From Callorhinchus milii (lineage: Eukaryota): DNA of 64,000 nucleotides. A model generated the notes under the pieces. It was given only the letters and a program-made list of their open reading frames with translations, had not been told where the DNA came from and did no database searches. Made by a program: the position numbers and the translations under genes. How positions within the stretch are numbered: the first letter of the stretch is position 1; every line of letters starts with the position of its first letter. This document shows positions 51,601 through 64,000 of the stretch, one piece after another. Location of the stretch: positions 109,246,001 through 109,310,000 of the forward strand of contig NW_024704743.1 in assembly GCF_018977255.1 (NCBI RefSeq), written 5' to 3'.

Positions 51601-53829
51601 GCACGAAACAATATAATAATTCTTAATTTTGAAATAGCAGCTTCCACATCCAGAGAATGACTCAAAACCCTTTACATAATAAAGTGTAATGTCTGTGTAT
51701 TTTGTAGGCGAATACAGCTGTCAATTGCAAACAACAATGTCCCATAACGTTGCTACTGTATGTGCAAATGGTAACTTTATTCATTACAATTTTCAGGCTG
51801 GTCCAGTGTAAAAAGGTGTAGGTGTATATTATGAGGGAAGGTGCAGTGAGGAGTAAACATGATGGGCTTCTGGGCCCTTTTTCACTCCATCCATGGTATG
51901 TATCTATGTATATACCTGTCTCTCTGTCCTCTATATTAAGCAAATGTGAAAGTTTTACATGAAGACAAACCTCTTTGAACTCGCTTTCGGTCATCTTTTC
52001 CCTCCCCACCCGTCTTGGCTTCCACCCCCGGCTCAGTGTCAAGTGCTTTGAGACGTCCTGATGTGAAAGGCTCTTTAAAAATGTAAAGTGTATTGTATTA
52101 TAAACTTGGGCCTGAATTACTGGATGTAGGGCAATTTTATATAATTTCCCTCCAATAAATTTCCTTTACATTTTACATTTAAGAAGTTGTGCCTAATGTC
52201 CAAAATAAAAATCAATATTTGATGCACTCATATTAGTTCTGTTCAAGGGCTCCATGAGCAGAAATCTGGGAAAAGGTTATTTTGGGAAAAGGTCTATATT
52301 TGTGAGTATAGTCAGGACTTTAGAGAAGAAGAAAAAAGTATTTAAAATATAGGGAAGAGGAAAATCTCACAAAAAAGAAATCTGTCTTTTGGAACAAACA
52401 TCAACCATTTGAATTTTTTATTTTATACAAATATGCAAAGTCCAATTTTATTGTAGGACTAAACACATTTCCACAAGATTACATGTCCAATCAATTTCCC
52501 AGTAACAAACTGCTATTTAAATGACCACAGATTTTGGTATTAGAGCAAAACTGAAGCCACATCTAATTCACAGCATGGTCGGTGAGCACAGGGAACAAGC
52601 AGCTGAAGCTGTCCATTAATGTAACAGACCGGCTAAACAATAGATCACAAATGAATTATTTTATGGTACGCTTGTTGCCTTTGACATGTGCAAATGACCT
52701 ATTGTGATCTCCCTATTCAGGAAATCCAGAGCTCAGGTCCTGACCCTGGACCAAACTACCGTTTGCCTCTTTCTTTGACATATTAATTTATGAATCCATA
52801 GCATGTGATTGAGATAAATCTGCTGAACTAGAACATCCTGGCAACTTTGTAAGATCTTTCTTCACAGTCTTATAGCTGCATTATTGAGCCACGTTATACT
52901 ATGTATTTTTAAAATATTATTTTACGTAAAATCCCTTTGTATGATTTTAAATAAATTCAACCTGTTAAATCTTTCATTAACATTTGTTTGAAAGTTTAAT
53001 CACTTTGTGTCACATTTTCTTGCATAATTGCAGAAACAGTTGTTAAAATACTCAATAGCCACCTCAAATCACACCTGTTAAGTGCTCCGAGACACCACAT
53101 GCATGAAGGGTGCTGTATAAATGCAAGTTGTTGTTGTAATTGTACACCCTGAGCCATGGTCAATGGGAACATCTAATAATAATAATAATCCTTGCATTTG
53201 ATATAGTGCTTTTCACATCTTCTAGACGTCCCAAATCACTTCACAGAATATACTTTAAAGTGAATTGACTGTATATTTGTGGGCGAACGCGGCAGCCAAT
53301 TGCGCACAGCAATGTCCCACAAACAGTCATGGATTGAAAATGACCAATTTATTATTGTTTTTTGTCTAATAGAGATTTAAATCCCTTTGGCACAAGGACA
53401 GAGCTTTGCACTTTTTCCAAAATACAAAGAAAATAAATGGTCTCAAACATCTGAATATTATTGTGGGGAAATGTTCTTTTTTTAAAAAAATATACATTTA
53501 GACAACTAGTCATTATGTTTATAACTGGTCTGTAATGTTGTCATTGTATCATTTTCAGGCAAAACATTGTTTATTTCAATTTCACAAAAGGTAAAAGGAC
53601 TTCACTTCACACTTCAAAATAATCTGAAAATCAATAATCACAAATATCCGCAGCACAAATTATTAGACATAAGAAAGAGTGTGCATTTTTATAGCATCTT
53701 ATCATGTCCAAACTTCTCAAAAGCACTGTACTGTAATTACTGTGACATGTAATGACTATTGTAGGCAAACATAGCATCGATCTTTGCTGCAAAGAGCCAT
53801 GAGGTCGGAATATTTATTTATGTGTAGTG

Positions 53830-54010
53830 GACCTGAGCACTAGAATCTGAACAATGACACAGATGACATCAGGGTGAGCTGAGCCTCTTACAGTTAAAGT
53901 ATCCGTCCTGTTGTTCGATGGGGCCCTTAACACATTGCACATGCAGTCCACAACCCCCAACACTCCAGGGAATCTTTCCATAACAAAGAATTGAACCTGC
54001 TCCTCCACCA
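53830..54010 (-). mobile_element. Degenerate PIF/Harbinger-type transposase fragment
   Basis: FFVMERFPGVLGVVDCMCNVLRAPSNN resembles the Harbinger/HARBI1 FPxVxGAIDCTHIxIxAP motif around the first catalytic Asp. Confidence 0.65.
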
Positions 54011-56467
54011 GTCTGTCATTTTGCTAATGAAACACAGAGCAAGGCACCCATTAACCCTTGATGAATAGTATACGTTAACCGCTCGCACTTTGCCTAATCC
54101 ACAAGATCCATAGAGGGTACTGGGAGTAGCACAAGGTTTAATTATGAAGGAAAGTGCGATAAGAACACTTCTGCAATTTAAGTATCATAAAGTTATATAA
54201 CTCTCCACAGTCTTACTCCTTTCTACCTCTGTGACTTTCTAACCCCATATCAATCTGACCGCACCTACTGCTCAGCAGGTTCCAACCTGATCCACGTTCC
54301 CCCATCAGCGGTCAGACCTTCAGCCTCTCTGCCCCCATTCTCTGGAACTCCATCCCACAATCCCTTTGCCTCACTCCCTCACTTGCCTCCTTGAAGGCAC
54401 TCTTCAAGACTCTCCTTTTCGACCGCACCTTCGGCCACCCTCCTACCCTCCAAACCTCCTGATCCCAACCCCCTGCTTGGGTGCAAATCCCTGACTGTGC
54501 AGTGCCCTGGAGTGTCTTCCCGACATGAAGGGTGCTATAAAAATGTAATTTGTTGTTGTTGTAGAGAACTGAACTTGTTTTCAAACTTCTCAAAATTTAG
54601 AGATCTAAGTCATTTATTGTCTCATGTTCCAATGCAGAATCATAGAAATTAAGCACAGAGGAGGCTATTCATCCCATCAGGCCTATGGTGGTGCTCACTT
54701 TTCCATAAAAATTATATTTTCTAATCCTAACTCCATGTTCTTTCCTCATAACCTTTAGTTGTTCAACTACCTTAACTGGTCTTACCTTCAAATAATGAAT
54801 TGTGGTAACCATTCCTTCATCTAATAACCCTCTTTGCACTTTTCTGATTTCAATGTTTCAGTGCTGGTTTGAGGAATACTATCTTAACTTTTAAACTGGC
54901 ACTAAAATTCCACTGTGAGTGGGCGGCAGACTCAAAAGCCATTCATAGACAGTGCAATGGCTGCTGCAAGCAGCACCAAGTTATTGTCAGGAACAGAAAG
55001 TTCAATGAGGTGATGCTCATCACTGGTAATCAGTTACATTGGTTGTTGTGTTTTTTACCCACACCAATGTTTCACACGTTAGACATGATGCTTCCCCCTT
55101 GAAGGGCACTATATAAATGCTTGTTATTGGTAATGTAGAACAAGTTTCAATGTAGATAATGACAAGTGAAGATATTTCAATCAGCCACAATCCTAAAACT
55201 GGTTAAAAATAACTTTGAACTTTGTGTTACTTTGTACTCATAGGAACACAGGGACATGAGTGGGCATTTAGTCCATCCCACAGTCCACTATTGTATTAAT
55301 GATGGCACTAATACTACCACTGGAAAATAATCCTCCAAAAAATTGTATTTGTAGATGGTAATCTATTTGCACAATGTCCCACTAACAGAGCTTTCAAAAA
55401 CTGTATAATTTACTTGAAAAATTATCTAAATGTTTTGTGTGGGCTAAATATGAGAATGTGGATTGTATATAGACAGTTAAATTTATTCTGTGAATACTAA
55501 CCATGGGAACTGCAGTAGAACAATGCTTACTTTATACAGAATGGATGATAATTTTCATGAGTGGAATATTTGGAATAATATTGCAGACTTTTCATCAAAA
55601 TGTTCTTGGTAATGGTGATTAATCAGGAATATTCTTGAAATGTTTTCAAACAATTGAAATCTTCTACTCACTGAGAAGATAATTTGAATTTATAATCCAC
55701 CTCAGCAACAATAAATTACATTTATATAGTGTCAGGACAATGTCCCAAGGTGCTGAACAGTCAGGGATCTGCATCTAAGCTGGTGGTTGGGATCAAGAGG
55801 GGTGGGGGGCTGGAGGTAGGAGGGTGACTGAAGGCACAATCGAAGAGAAGGGTCTTGAGATGGGTCTTGAAGGAGGCAAGGGAAGAAGGGAGGCAGAGGG
55901 ACTGTGGGATAGAGTTACAGAGGGTGGGGATAGAGAGGGTGAAGGCTCACCCTCCAATGGTGGGGCAGGCAAGCCAGGAGATGTGAAGCAGGCCAGAGCC
56001 CGTTGAGAGGAGGGAGTGGACAGGTTGTTAGGCGGTTAGGAGCATTTTCAATCCATGACTGTTTGTGGGACACTGCTGTACGCAATTGGTGGCTACGTTT
56101 CGCCCACACATATACAGTCAATTTACTTTACAGTCTATTCTGTGAAGTGCTTTGAGACGTCTAGAAGACGTGAAAAGCGCTACATCAAATGCAAGGATTA
56201 TTATTATTATTATTATGATTAGACCTAACTATCACCATGATTATTGGTTTGTTTTAGTTCTTGATTTTCCTGTATAGGAATAGGTAATTTATGTGTAATT
56301 TATGACAGTAAGTGTACGATAGAATAATTCACTGTGAACTTTTGTTAAATCACCCCATTCCAAAAATGAGGAAATTTAGTCAACTTCAGTTCTATGAAAG
56401 CTAAATCCATTGATCTTTATATTTAGGTTTGAAACATCATGAGTAGCACATTCTCCCTCACACTCTT

Positions 56468-58500
56468 AGACCATAAGACTATAAGACATAGGAGCAGGAG
56501 TAGGCCATTCGGCCCATCTAGCCTGCCCCACCATTTAATAAGATCATGGCTGATCTTCTAACCTAATTCCATTTACCCGTCCTATCCCCATATTCCTTAA
56601 TCCCTCTATCCTTCAGAAATCTATCAACGTCAGTCTTGAATATGTTCAAGGACTGAGCATCCACAGTCATCTGGAGTAGAGAATTCCACAAATTTACTTC
56701 CCTCTGAGTGAAGAAATGTTTCCTCAACTCAGTTCGAAAAGGCTGACCCTTAATCTTGAGACTACAACCCCAAGTTTTAGATTCTCCAACCAGGGGAAAC
56801 AGTCTCACAGCATCTACCCTGTCAAGACCCTTAAGAATCTTATAGGTTTCTATAAGATCACCTCTAATTCTTCTATATTCTAGAGAATACGTGGCTAGTT
56901 TACTCAACCTATCTTCATAGGTCAACCCCCTCATCCCAGGAATCAACCTAGTGAATCTACGCTGCACCCCCTCTAAAGCAAGTATGTCCTTTCTTAAATA
57001 AGGAGACCAAAACTGCACACAATATTCTAGGTGCAGTCTCACCAAGGCCTTATACAATTGGGGCAACACTTCCCTACTCTTGTACTCTAACTCTTTTGCA
57101 ACGAGCCCCAACATGGCATTAGCTTTCTTAGTTGCTTGCTGTACCTGTATACTAACTTTTTGTGACTGGTGTACAAGGACAACCATATCCCTCTAAACAC
57201 TAACACTATCTTGTCTCTCCCCCTCTAGAAAATAATCCGCTTTTCTATTTTTACTACCTAGGTGAATAACTTCACACTTCCCCACATTATACTCCATCTG
57301 CCACCTTCTTGCCCACTCACCTAGCCTATCTATTTCCCTTTGCATTCTTCATGTGTCATCCTCAAAGCTTACTCTCTCACCTATCTTCATTTCATCTGCG
57401 AATTTAGATATGTTAAGTTCTATTTCCTCATCTAAACCATTGATTATAGACTGTAAATAATTGAGGCCCAAGCACTGATCCTTGTGGCACTCCACTAGTC
57501 ACATCCTGCCAATCTGAGAAGGACCCGTTTATCTCTATTCTCTGTTTTCTTCCTGTTAGCCACTCTCCAACCCATTCTAATATATTACCTTTAATTTAAT
57601 TTAATTTAATTCTTATGCAACAGCATTTTATGTGGCACCTTGTCGAATGCCTTCTGGAAATCCAAATACACCGAACTTCCAATCACTGGGAACCATTCCA
57701 GAATCCAGGGAATTTTGGAAGATCAAAAACAAAGTATCCACTATCGTCCAGGGGATTTATTGGTTTTTAATCCTATCAATTTCCCTAGTACTATTGCTTT
57801 ACTGATGTTCATTTCTTTAAGTTCCTCACTAACATTAGCCTCTATTTTAGGTAAGTTTTCTGTGTCCTCTAACGTGAAGACAGAAGCAAAATGTTTGTTT
57901 AATGACTCTACCATTTCTTTATTCCCCATTATAATTTCTCCTGCCTCTGCCTGCAATGGACCCACATTCACTTTTGATAGTCTCTTCCTCTTATGTACTT
58001 GTAAAACCTCTTACAATCTGTCTTTATGTTCCTAGCTAACATGTAGGAGCAGGAGTAGGCCATTCGGCCCTTAAAGATATAATACATAATTCTACATAAA
58101 TTAGCTAGTTTACCCTCATATTCCATTTTCTCCCTCTTAATCAGTTTCTTGGTTTTCCTTTGCTGATCTCTAAAGCCCTCCCAATCCTTAGGTTTACTGC
58201 TCTTTTTGGCAGTATTATAATCCTCTTATTTTAATTTTATACTTTCTCTAACTTCTTTAGTTAGCCAAGGTTGAACCAGTTTTTCCGTGGTATTTTTATT
58301 TTTCAAGGGAATATGTGATCGCTGGGAATTATGCATTATATCTTTAAATGTTTGCCATTGCTGGTCTACCGTCATTTTTTAAATCTAATTTCCCAGTCTA
58401 TTTTAGTCAAATCTTCTCTCATACCTGCAATGTTGGCTTTATTTAAAGTTACGACCATTGCTTCGAATTCAACTATATCACTCTCTAACTTAATGTTAAA
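56468..58500 (-). mobile_element. CR1-clade LINE, 5'-truncated with internal deletions and stops
   Basis: Minus-strand ORFs NKSPG, FADE (degenerate FADD), LYKALVRLHLEYCVQFWSPY...FFTQREVNLWNSL; 3' motif GGCCTACTCCTGCTCCTATG and short repeat tail. Confidence 0.92.
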
Positions 58501-59900
58501 CTGTTTGAGGCTCTAAACACACAGCTAATGTTTTGCAATAGGATGTGCCTCCAAAGCTTCAAATTTATTGAAAGAGTTTACCTTAGCAACTTGCACGTCT
58601 GTAATGCCTTTCGCATAGGATGATCTCTCAAAGCAGTTTTCAGAGACAATGTGGATCACCAAACAGGTCATTTGCTGATGGGGGGGCGAAAGAGTTTGTG
58701 AATGTTGATCGATGATTATTCAAAGAGGTAGCCCTTTAGGAAGGGTTTGAAAGCATAGAGAGAAATGGGGGTGGGGTGGGGGTGCTGGGGAATTCCAAGG
58801 AAAGAGAATTTATTTCATAATAGGTAGAGCTTTTTCAACAAGACTTAGAGGGGCCGACCAATCATTGCATCAAAGTACTCAGCTACTGTTAAATGTAACA
58901 AGCTTTGGCTCACCCCGACCTTCATTCCTCCTTAGAGAGTGCACTTTTCATTCAAGGTAATAATAATAATAATCCTTGTATTTGATGTAGAGTTTTTCAT
59001 GCCTTCTAGACGTCTCAAAATGCTTCACAGAATATAGTGTAAAATGAATTGACTGTATATGTGTAGGTAAAATGAAGTTCCCATACAGAGGTGGAACTGT
59101 CCAGTTTGGATACCTTTTAGCAGGGCAATGGGTTGCCACACACATCAGAACAAAGCTGCCAACCCCTCCAAAAAAAGTTATTAGTTTTTTTTACAAATAA
59201 TCCTTGCATTTGATATAAAAACGCCTCACACTGTAAAGTATATGGATTGTGTATTGTGTAGGCTACTACAGTAGCTCCTTTCCCAGTGAGTAAGAAATCT
59301 TCAATGAATCTTTACAAGTAGCCAATCATGTATGATCCTAAACAAGGATTAGTAGGTTATGAGGAGACATCGCTGTCAATATCATCCCATATCTAAATAT
59401 TGATCAGGATCAAAATTTGGGATCGATTTCTCCTCTCTCGGGGGCGATGGGATGGGGGTGGTGAGAGATGACACATGTTTCCTGTGAATTCCTTGCTCAT
59501 CAAGGTTTGTCATAGAAATTATTTTTTTTATCTTGGGCACCCAGGACCAGCACAAGATATACAGTAAAGGTCAGGTATATTGGAAAAAAAGATCATTATT
59601 AGGTGCAGAATAAAACACTGCCTACTCAGCCTCAGTGTACTACCCACTTCAGTCGTATACCACCCACCCAGTGGTCTCTCCAAATTGAAATTTCCAAGTA
59701 GTCTCAAATTAAAGATACAAAGATAGGTGAGAGAGTAAGCTGTGAGGATGACACATGAAGAATGCAAAGGGAAATAGATAGGCTAGATGAGTGGGCAAGA
59801 AGGTGGCAGGTGGAGTATAACGTGGGGAAGTGTGAAGTTATTCACCTAGGTAGTAAAAATAGAAAAGCGGATTATTTTCTAGAGGGGGAGAGACAAGATA

Positions 59901-60215
59901 ATAATAATAATCCTTGCATTTGATATAGCGCTTTTCACGTCGGGAGGACGTCACAAAGCACTTCACAGAACACACTGTAAAGTGAATTGACTGTATATTT
60001 GTGGGCGAACGCGGCAGCCAATTGCGCACAGCAATGTCCCATAAACAGTCGTAGATTGAAAATGACCAATTTATTATTGTTTTTGGTTTTTGGAGGGATT
60101 ATTATTAGGCGTGTGGAGTAAGGAAACTTGCCCAAGTTTTCGCCCTGCCAGGAATTGAACTCAGGTCTCTCACTTGCAAAGCGAGTGCTCTAACCACTGA
60201 GCTATACAGGACTCC
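59901..60215 (-). mobile_element. Full-length short-form SINE inserted in CR1 with a 4-bp TSD GATA
   Basis: The uninterrupted CR1 copy reads AGACAAGATAGTGTTAG; here GATA flanks the SINE at 59897-59900 and 60216-60219. Confidence 0.92.
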
Positions 60216-60759
60216 GATAGTGTTAGTGTTCAGAGAGATTTGGTTGTCCTTGTACACCAGTCACAAAAAGTTAGTATACAGGTACAGCAAGCAACTAGGA
60301 AGGCTAATGCCATGTTGGGGCTCATGGCAAAAGATTTAGAGTACAAGAGTAGGGAAGTCTTGAAGCAGTTGTATAAGGCCTTGGTGAGACTGCACCTAGA
60401 ATATTGTGTGCAGTTTTGGTCTCCTTATTTAAGAAAGGACATACTTGCTTTAGAGGGTGCAGCGTAGATTCACTAGGTTGATTCCTGCCATGAGGGTTTG
60501 ACCTATAAGAAACCTATAAGATTCTTAAGGGTCTTGACAGGGTAGATGCCGTGAGATTGGTTCCCTTGGTTGGAGAATCTAAAACTAGGGTCAGTCTCAA
60601 GCTTAAGGGTCAGCCTTTTCGAACTGAGTTGAGGAAACATTTCTTCACTCAGAGGGTAGTGAACTTGTGGAATTCTCTACCCCAGAAGGCTGTAAATGCT
60701 CAGTCGTTGAACATATTCAAGACTGAGGTTGATAGATTTCTGAAGGTTAGAAGAACTGT

Positions 60760-61045
60760 GGAGTCCTGTAGCTCAGTGGTTAGAGCACTCGCCTTGCAAG
60801 CGAGACACCTGGGTTCAATTCCAGGCAGGGAGAAACCTTGAGAAAGTTTCCTTACTCCATACGCCTAATAATAATCCCTCCAAAAATGAAACAAAAATAA
60901 ATTGGTCCTTTTCAATCCATGACTGGTTGCGGGACACTGCTGTGTGTAAATGGCTGCCGTGTTTCGCCCACAAATACACGGTCAATTCACTTTAGTCTAT
61001 TCTGTGAAGTGCTTTCAGACATTGAGATGTGAAAAGCGCAATATC
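60760..61045 (+). mobile_element. Full-length short-form SINE inserted in the CR1 3' end
   Basis: tRNA-like head GGAGTCCTGTAGCTCAGTGG and ATT-repeat tail; CR1 sequence resumes after it. Confidence 0.9.
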
Positions 61046-61839
61046 AAATGCAAGGATTATTATTAGGGGATATGGGGATAGGGGGCGTAAATGGAATTAG
61101 GTTAGAAGATCAACCATGATCTTATTAAATGGCGGGGAGGCTCGAGGGGCCAACTGGCCTACTCCTGCTCCTACGTCTTATAATCTAATAAAATGATCGA
61201 TTCCTGCTAGAAAATAATATCTTGGGATACATTATATAGTTTCAGACACAACATGTCAAGCGATTGCCAGGATGGTGTAAGACGAACTAGATGAACCTTG
61301 GTCTTGTTTCGCTTAGCAAATGCTTAGGTTCTTTTGATTGTGTTCTTATGAGGTGATCAAGGATTACAGCAGAAACTGCCAAAATAAATTCCACAGTATT
61401 AAAATGTCCTCTTCTATCTGAGGCCAAATATCACTATCACCACTGTCCCACAGAACAAAATTTATTTGTTGGTAGCATAGTTCCTTAACCCAGTTGAGAT
61501 TGACCCCCTTCTGATTGACATTTTCTATTTTTTTTAAGATTTCCTCTGGTACACAAATCCTCTCGAGATTGGGTAGGTGGCCTGTTAGCAGTCTCTGCCA
61601 ATGCCACTTAACCCAAATCTTTGGAGGTACTCAAGATCATCAAGGCTTTCTGGGCCAGTGGGCTAACAACCACTAAGCTACAAATTAATCTTGCACATTC
61701 TGCAGTGATATTCTTATGTTTTCTTCTGGCTTGCAGCACTCCGTGACACTATCCTATGTGAAGGGCACTATATAAATGCAAATTGTTGACAGGCATGGCT
61801 TTTTAAAATAAAATTGGAACAGTACAAAACAGAGAACAA

Positions 61840-64000
61840 CCACATGATAGCACACAACAAATTTATTTTAACGCAACATACATATGCTCTACATAGGCTG
61901 TTGGTGTACCAGGTTTTTGATCATGGCAGAGAAAAGTCATGCAGCAGTATATTAAAATCACATGAGTGACAAATTATAGAAAACCAACATACAATATGGC
62001 AGTATAACTGGAGAACTTTTAAAATGTTTATGCAGCATATGTGTGAATAACAATACAAGACTTAATCAGAGCCAGATCGGTTTCTCTTGTAAGTGCAGAA
62101 CTGCTACATGTACTCGACATTCAAAATTTCAACCTCACAGAAACAAAACCACTTCAAAAAACCCACCCAAAAAAATCCTACAAACAAAAACACACAACTT
62201 TCAAAAAAGTGTCTGGAATTAAAATGTGCTTAGCTAACAACATGCAGAATAAAACCTTCACACTTAAAATATTACAATAAAATAGCTGTTAAACAATTAC
62301 AGAATCACTGCTTCCATCAAACAAACTATGTACATTCTATACACAGTGCATCAGATGCTTTCTTTTCCATCTCTCAGTAGCAGCAAGCATATCCTGCTAT
62401 TGTGCATAGCAGTACAAACTCGGGAGAGGGAGGACGTCTAAATATTACATAGCTATTAATTAATAACTAGTTTTTTTCTACATGTCAGTGCTACATCTTT
62501 GTGGATACATTTTTACTGTGCAGAAGTAATTAAAATCTTTCTAAGAAAGAAAGAAATGCACATAGTTTTCTTGAAAATAAAAGTGCAAACATCTAAATTC
62601 AGGCAACTGAAGCCAATGTTTAACCTGTGCATGGAACAAAAGGGACCATTATAATGTGGGCAACATATCTTCTGCACTCTGTGAGACTTACACAATTTGT
62701 TACTCTTTTTGAAAGAGATTTTTCATAAATAAGTCAGCCTGTTTTTAAAGCTTAAAATGCCCAAATGAGTAAAGATTTTTTTTTAAAATTGCACCTATTT
62801 TAATACTGGAATCAGATTATCTTAAAAAAGCTTTTTGTTTTCTCATCTCCCAGAAATTCCATTAATTGAGCTGAGCAATCTTCAATGGTTTATCATTTCA
62901 CATGCTTGAATTACAGCAGTAAAGACAATGGATTATAAACATGCACGTTGAACCTCAACATACCAAGATTAATCTGGACTTTTTAAAAAAACACCCAGAA
63001 ATGAAAACCCAAATTAAACTATTTCAAACAGGAGATTCTTTGTTGCAGAAATTTATTGAAAAGGATCATTTCCATGGTGTCGGTAAAGTTCAGTCCCCCC
63101 CCCCCGCCACTCCCCTCCTTAAAAAAAACACAAGTCATGGACATCATGAAATGACGAGTCATTTTGTAAATTAGGTATTACTGCATCAAAAGTAAAACAT
63201 GTGGCTCCCCATTTGTCTTAGAATCCCCAGGGCAAAACACACAGAGAAATTAAGATTGAGAATGTTTAGGATTACATCAATAGTGTGTGTTCTGCTTTAG
63301 CTGGTCTCACCTGGGGTGGGAGGAGCAACACTAATATTGAACACATGGGTTGGAAGTGTGAGGGAAAATGACTACAAAAATCCACTGCTGGTAATTCTAT
63401 ATTCGAGGACCAGATCTGGTTTGGCTATAACACCACTGTTACACAGCTGACTCTCATGGTGATGCTTACATATCTCATGGCCAAGGTACTGCATGGCACC
63501 TGGCATCAGTAGAAGAAAGAATGCCTTCACAACATGAGGAGAATTTTTAAACAAAACCAGAAGCCTCTTTTGGATGCTTTCCATTCCCAAAATTGCAAGA
63601 GTCTACATTTTGGTTTAAAAAATCATTTTCACAAAAGTACATTATGACAAAGGGAGATAATGCTCCTTTTATTAAATATAAAATCTTTGTATACAGTAAA
63701 TATTTGTGGGATAAAATAGGAAAATCTTGAATATGCTCTTAAGGTGCGACTGAATAGACTTAAGTGTGCAATAACTTGCTAAAAAGTGGAAAGCAGATGG
63801 AATGAATGACAAATTCACTATTTTGTTATGTAAACCAGTCATTTAGCCAATCTCAATTTCAGCAAGGCAGCACATTTATTTCTGCTTAAATATTTTAAGT
63901 GCAGATGGTAACTGGTTTTGGAAGTCGAGTAGTGTTAGCTACTTAGGAGACAGGATATGCTACTGTAGAACCTTTGGATACAAGAAGGTGTGCTCATTTT
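61840..64000 (-). other. Probable distal 3' UTR of a minus-strand gene continuing beyond the window (MYBL1 expected by synteny)
   Basis: About 2.2 kb AU-rich and essentially repeat-free. Minus-strand AATAAA at 61862-61867 is followed by a GU/U-rich downstream element; Pumilio-type TGTACATA at 62327-62334 (minus). Gene identity is inferred from vertebrate gene order only. Confidence 0.6.

Larger units (their letters stand above)
59710..61182 (+). mobile_element. CR1-clade LINE 3' portion, inverted relative to 56468-58500 and interrupted by two SINEs
   Basis: Near-identical RT C-terminal translation; SINE insertions at 59901-60215 and 60760-61045. Confidence 0.92.

Noticed and set aside
58040..58075. 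Extra copy of the CR1 3'-terminal motif inside the CR1 body
   Set aside because: Most simply an extremely 5'-truncated CR1 insertion, which is common.

Overview
Vertebrate nuclear DNA, most likely a cartilaginous fish and probably a chimaera/elephant-shark relative (inferred from the tRNA-Ala-derived SINE, L2, CR1 and Penelope-like repeat content and from protein divergence). It covers the conserved RRS1-ADHFE1-VXN(C8orf46)-[MYBL1] block. RRS1 is a single exon in a CpG island (2155-3204, +). ADHFE1 is complete with 14 coding exons (6214-23294, +, 464 aa). Vexin (VXN) has 6 coding exons and an intact SH3 domain (30209-44359, +). The last ~2.2 kb look like the 3' UTR of a minus-strand gene, probably MYBL1 by synteny. 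Introns and intergenic DNA are dense with SINE, L2 and CR1 copies, including a young 5'-truncated L2 with one frameshift in ADHFE1 intron 10. The most unusual feature is a perfect 38-bp-stem hairpin inside VXN coding exon 4. It is flanked by a 7-bp direct repeat exactly 90 nt apart, so it looks like a frame-preserving palindromic insertion translated into protein. Also notable: a Penelope-like 63-bp inverted repeat enclosing a degenerate hammerhead core, two inverted CR1 copies sharing the same stop codon, and AT-to-GC-shifted repeat copies around the RRS1 CpG island. All gene models were built by manual splice-site reading; no alignment or database search was run.
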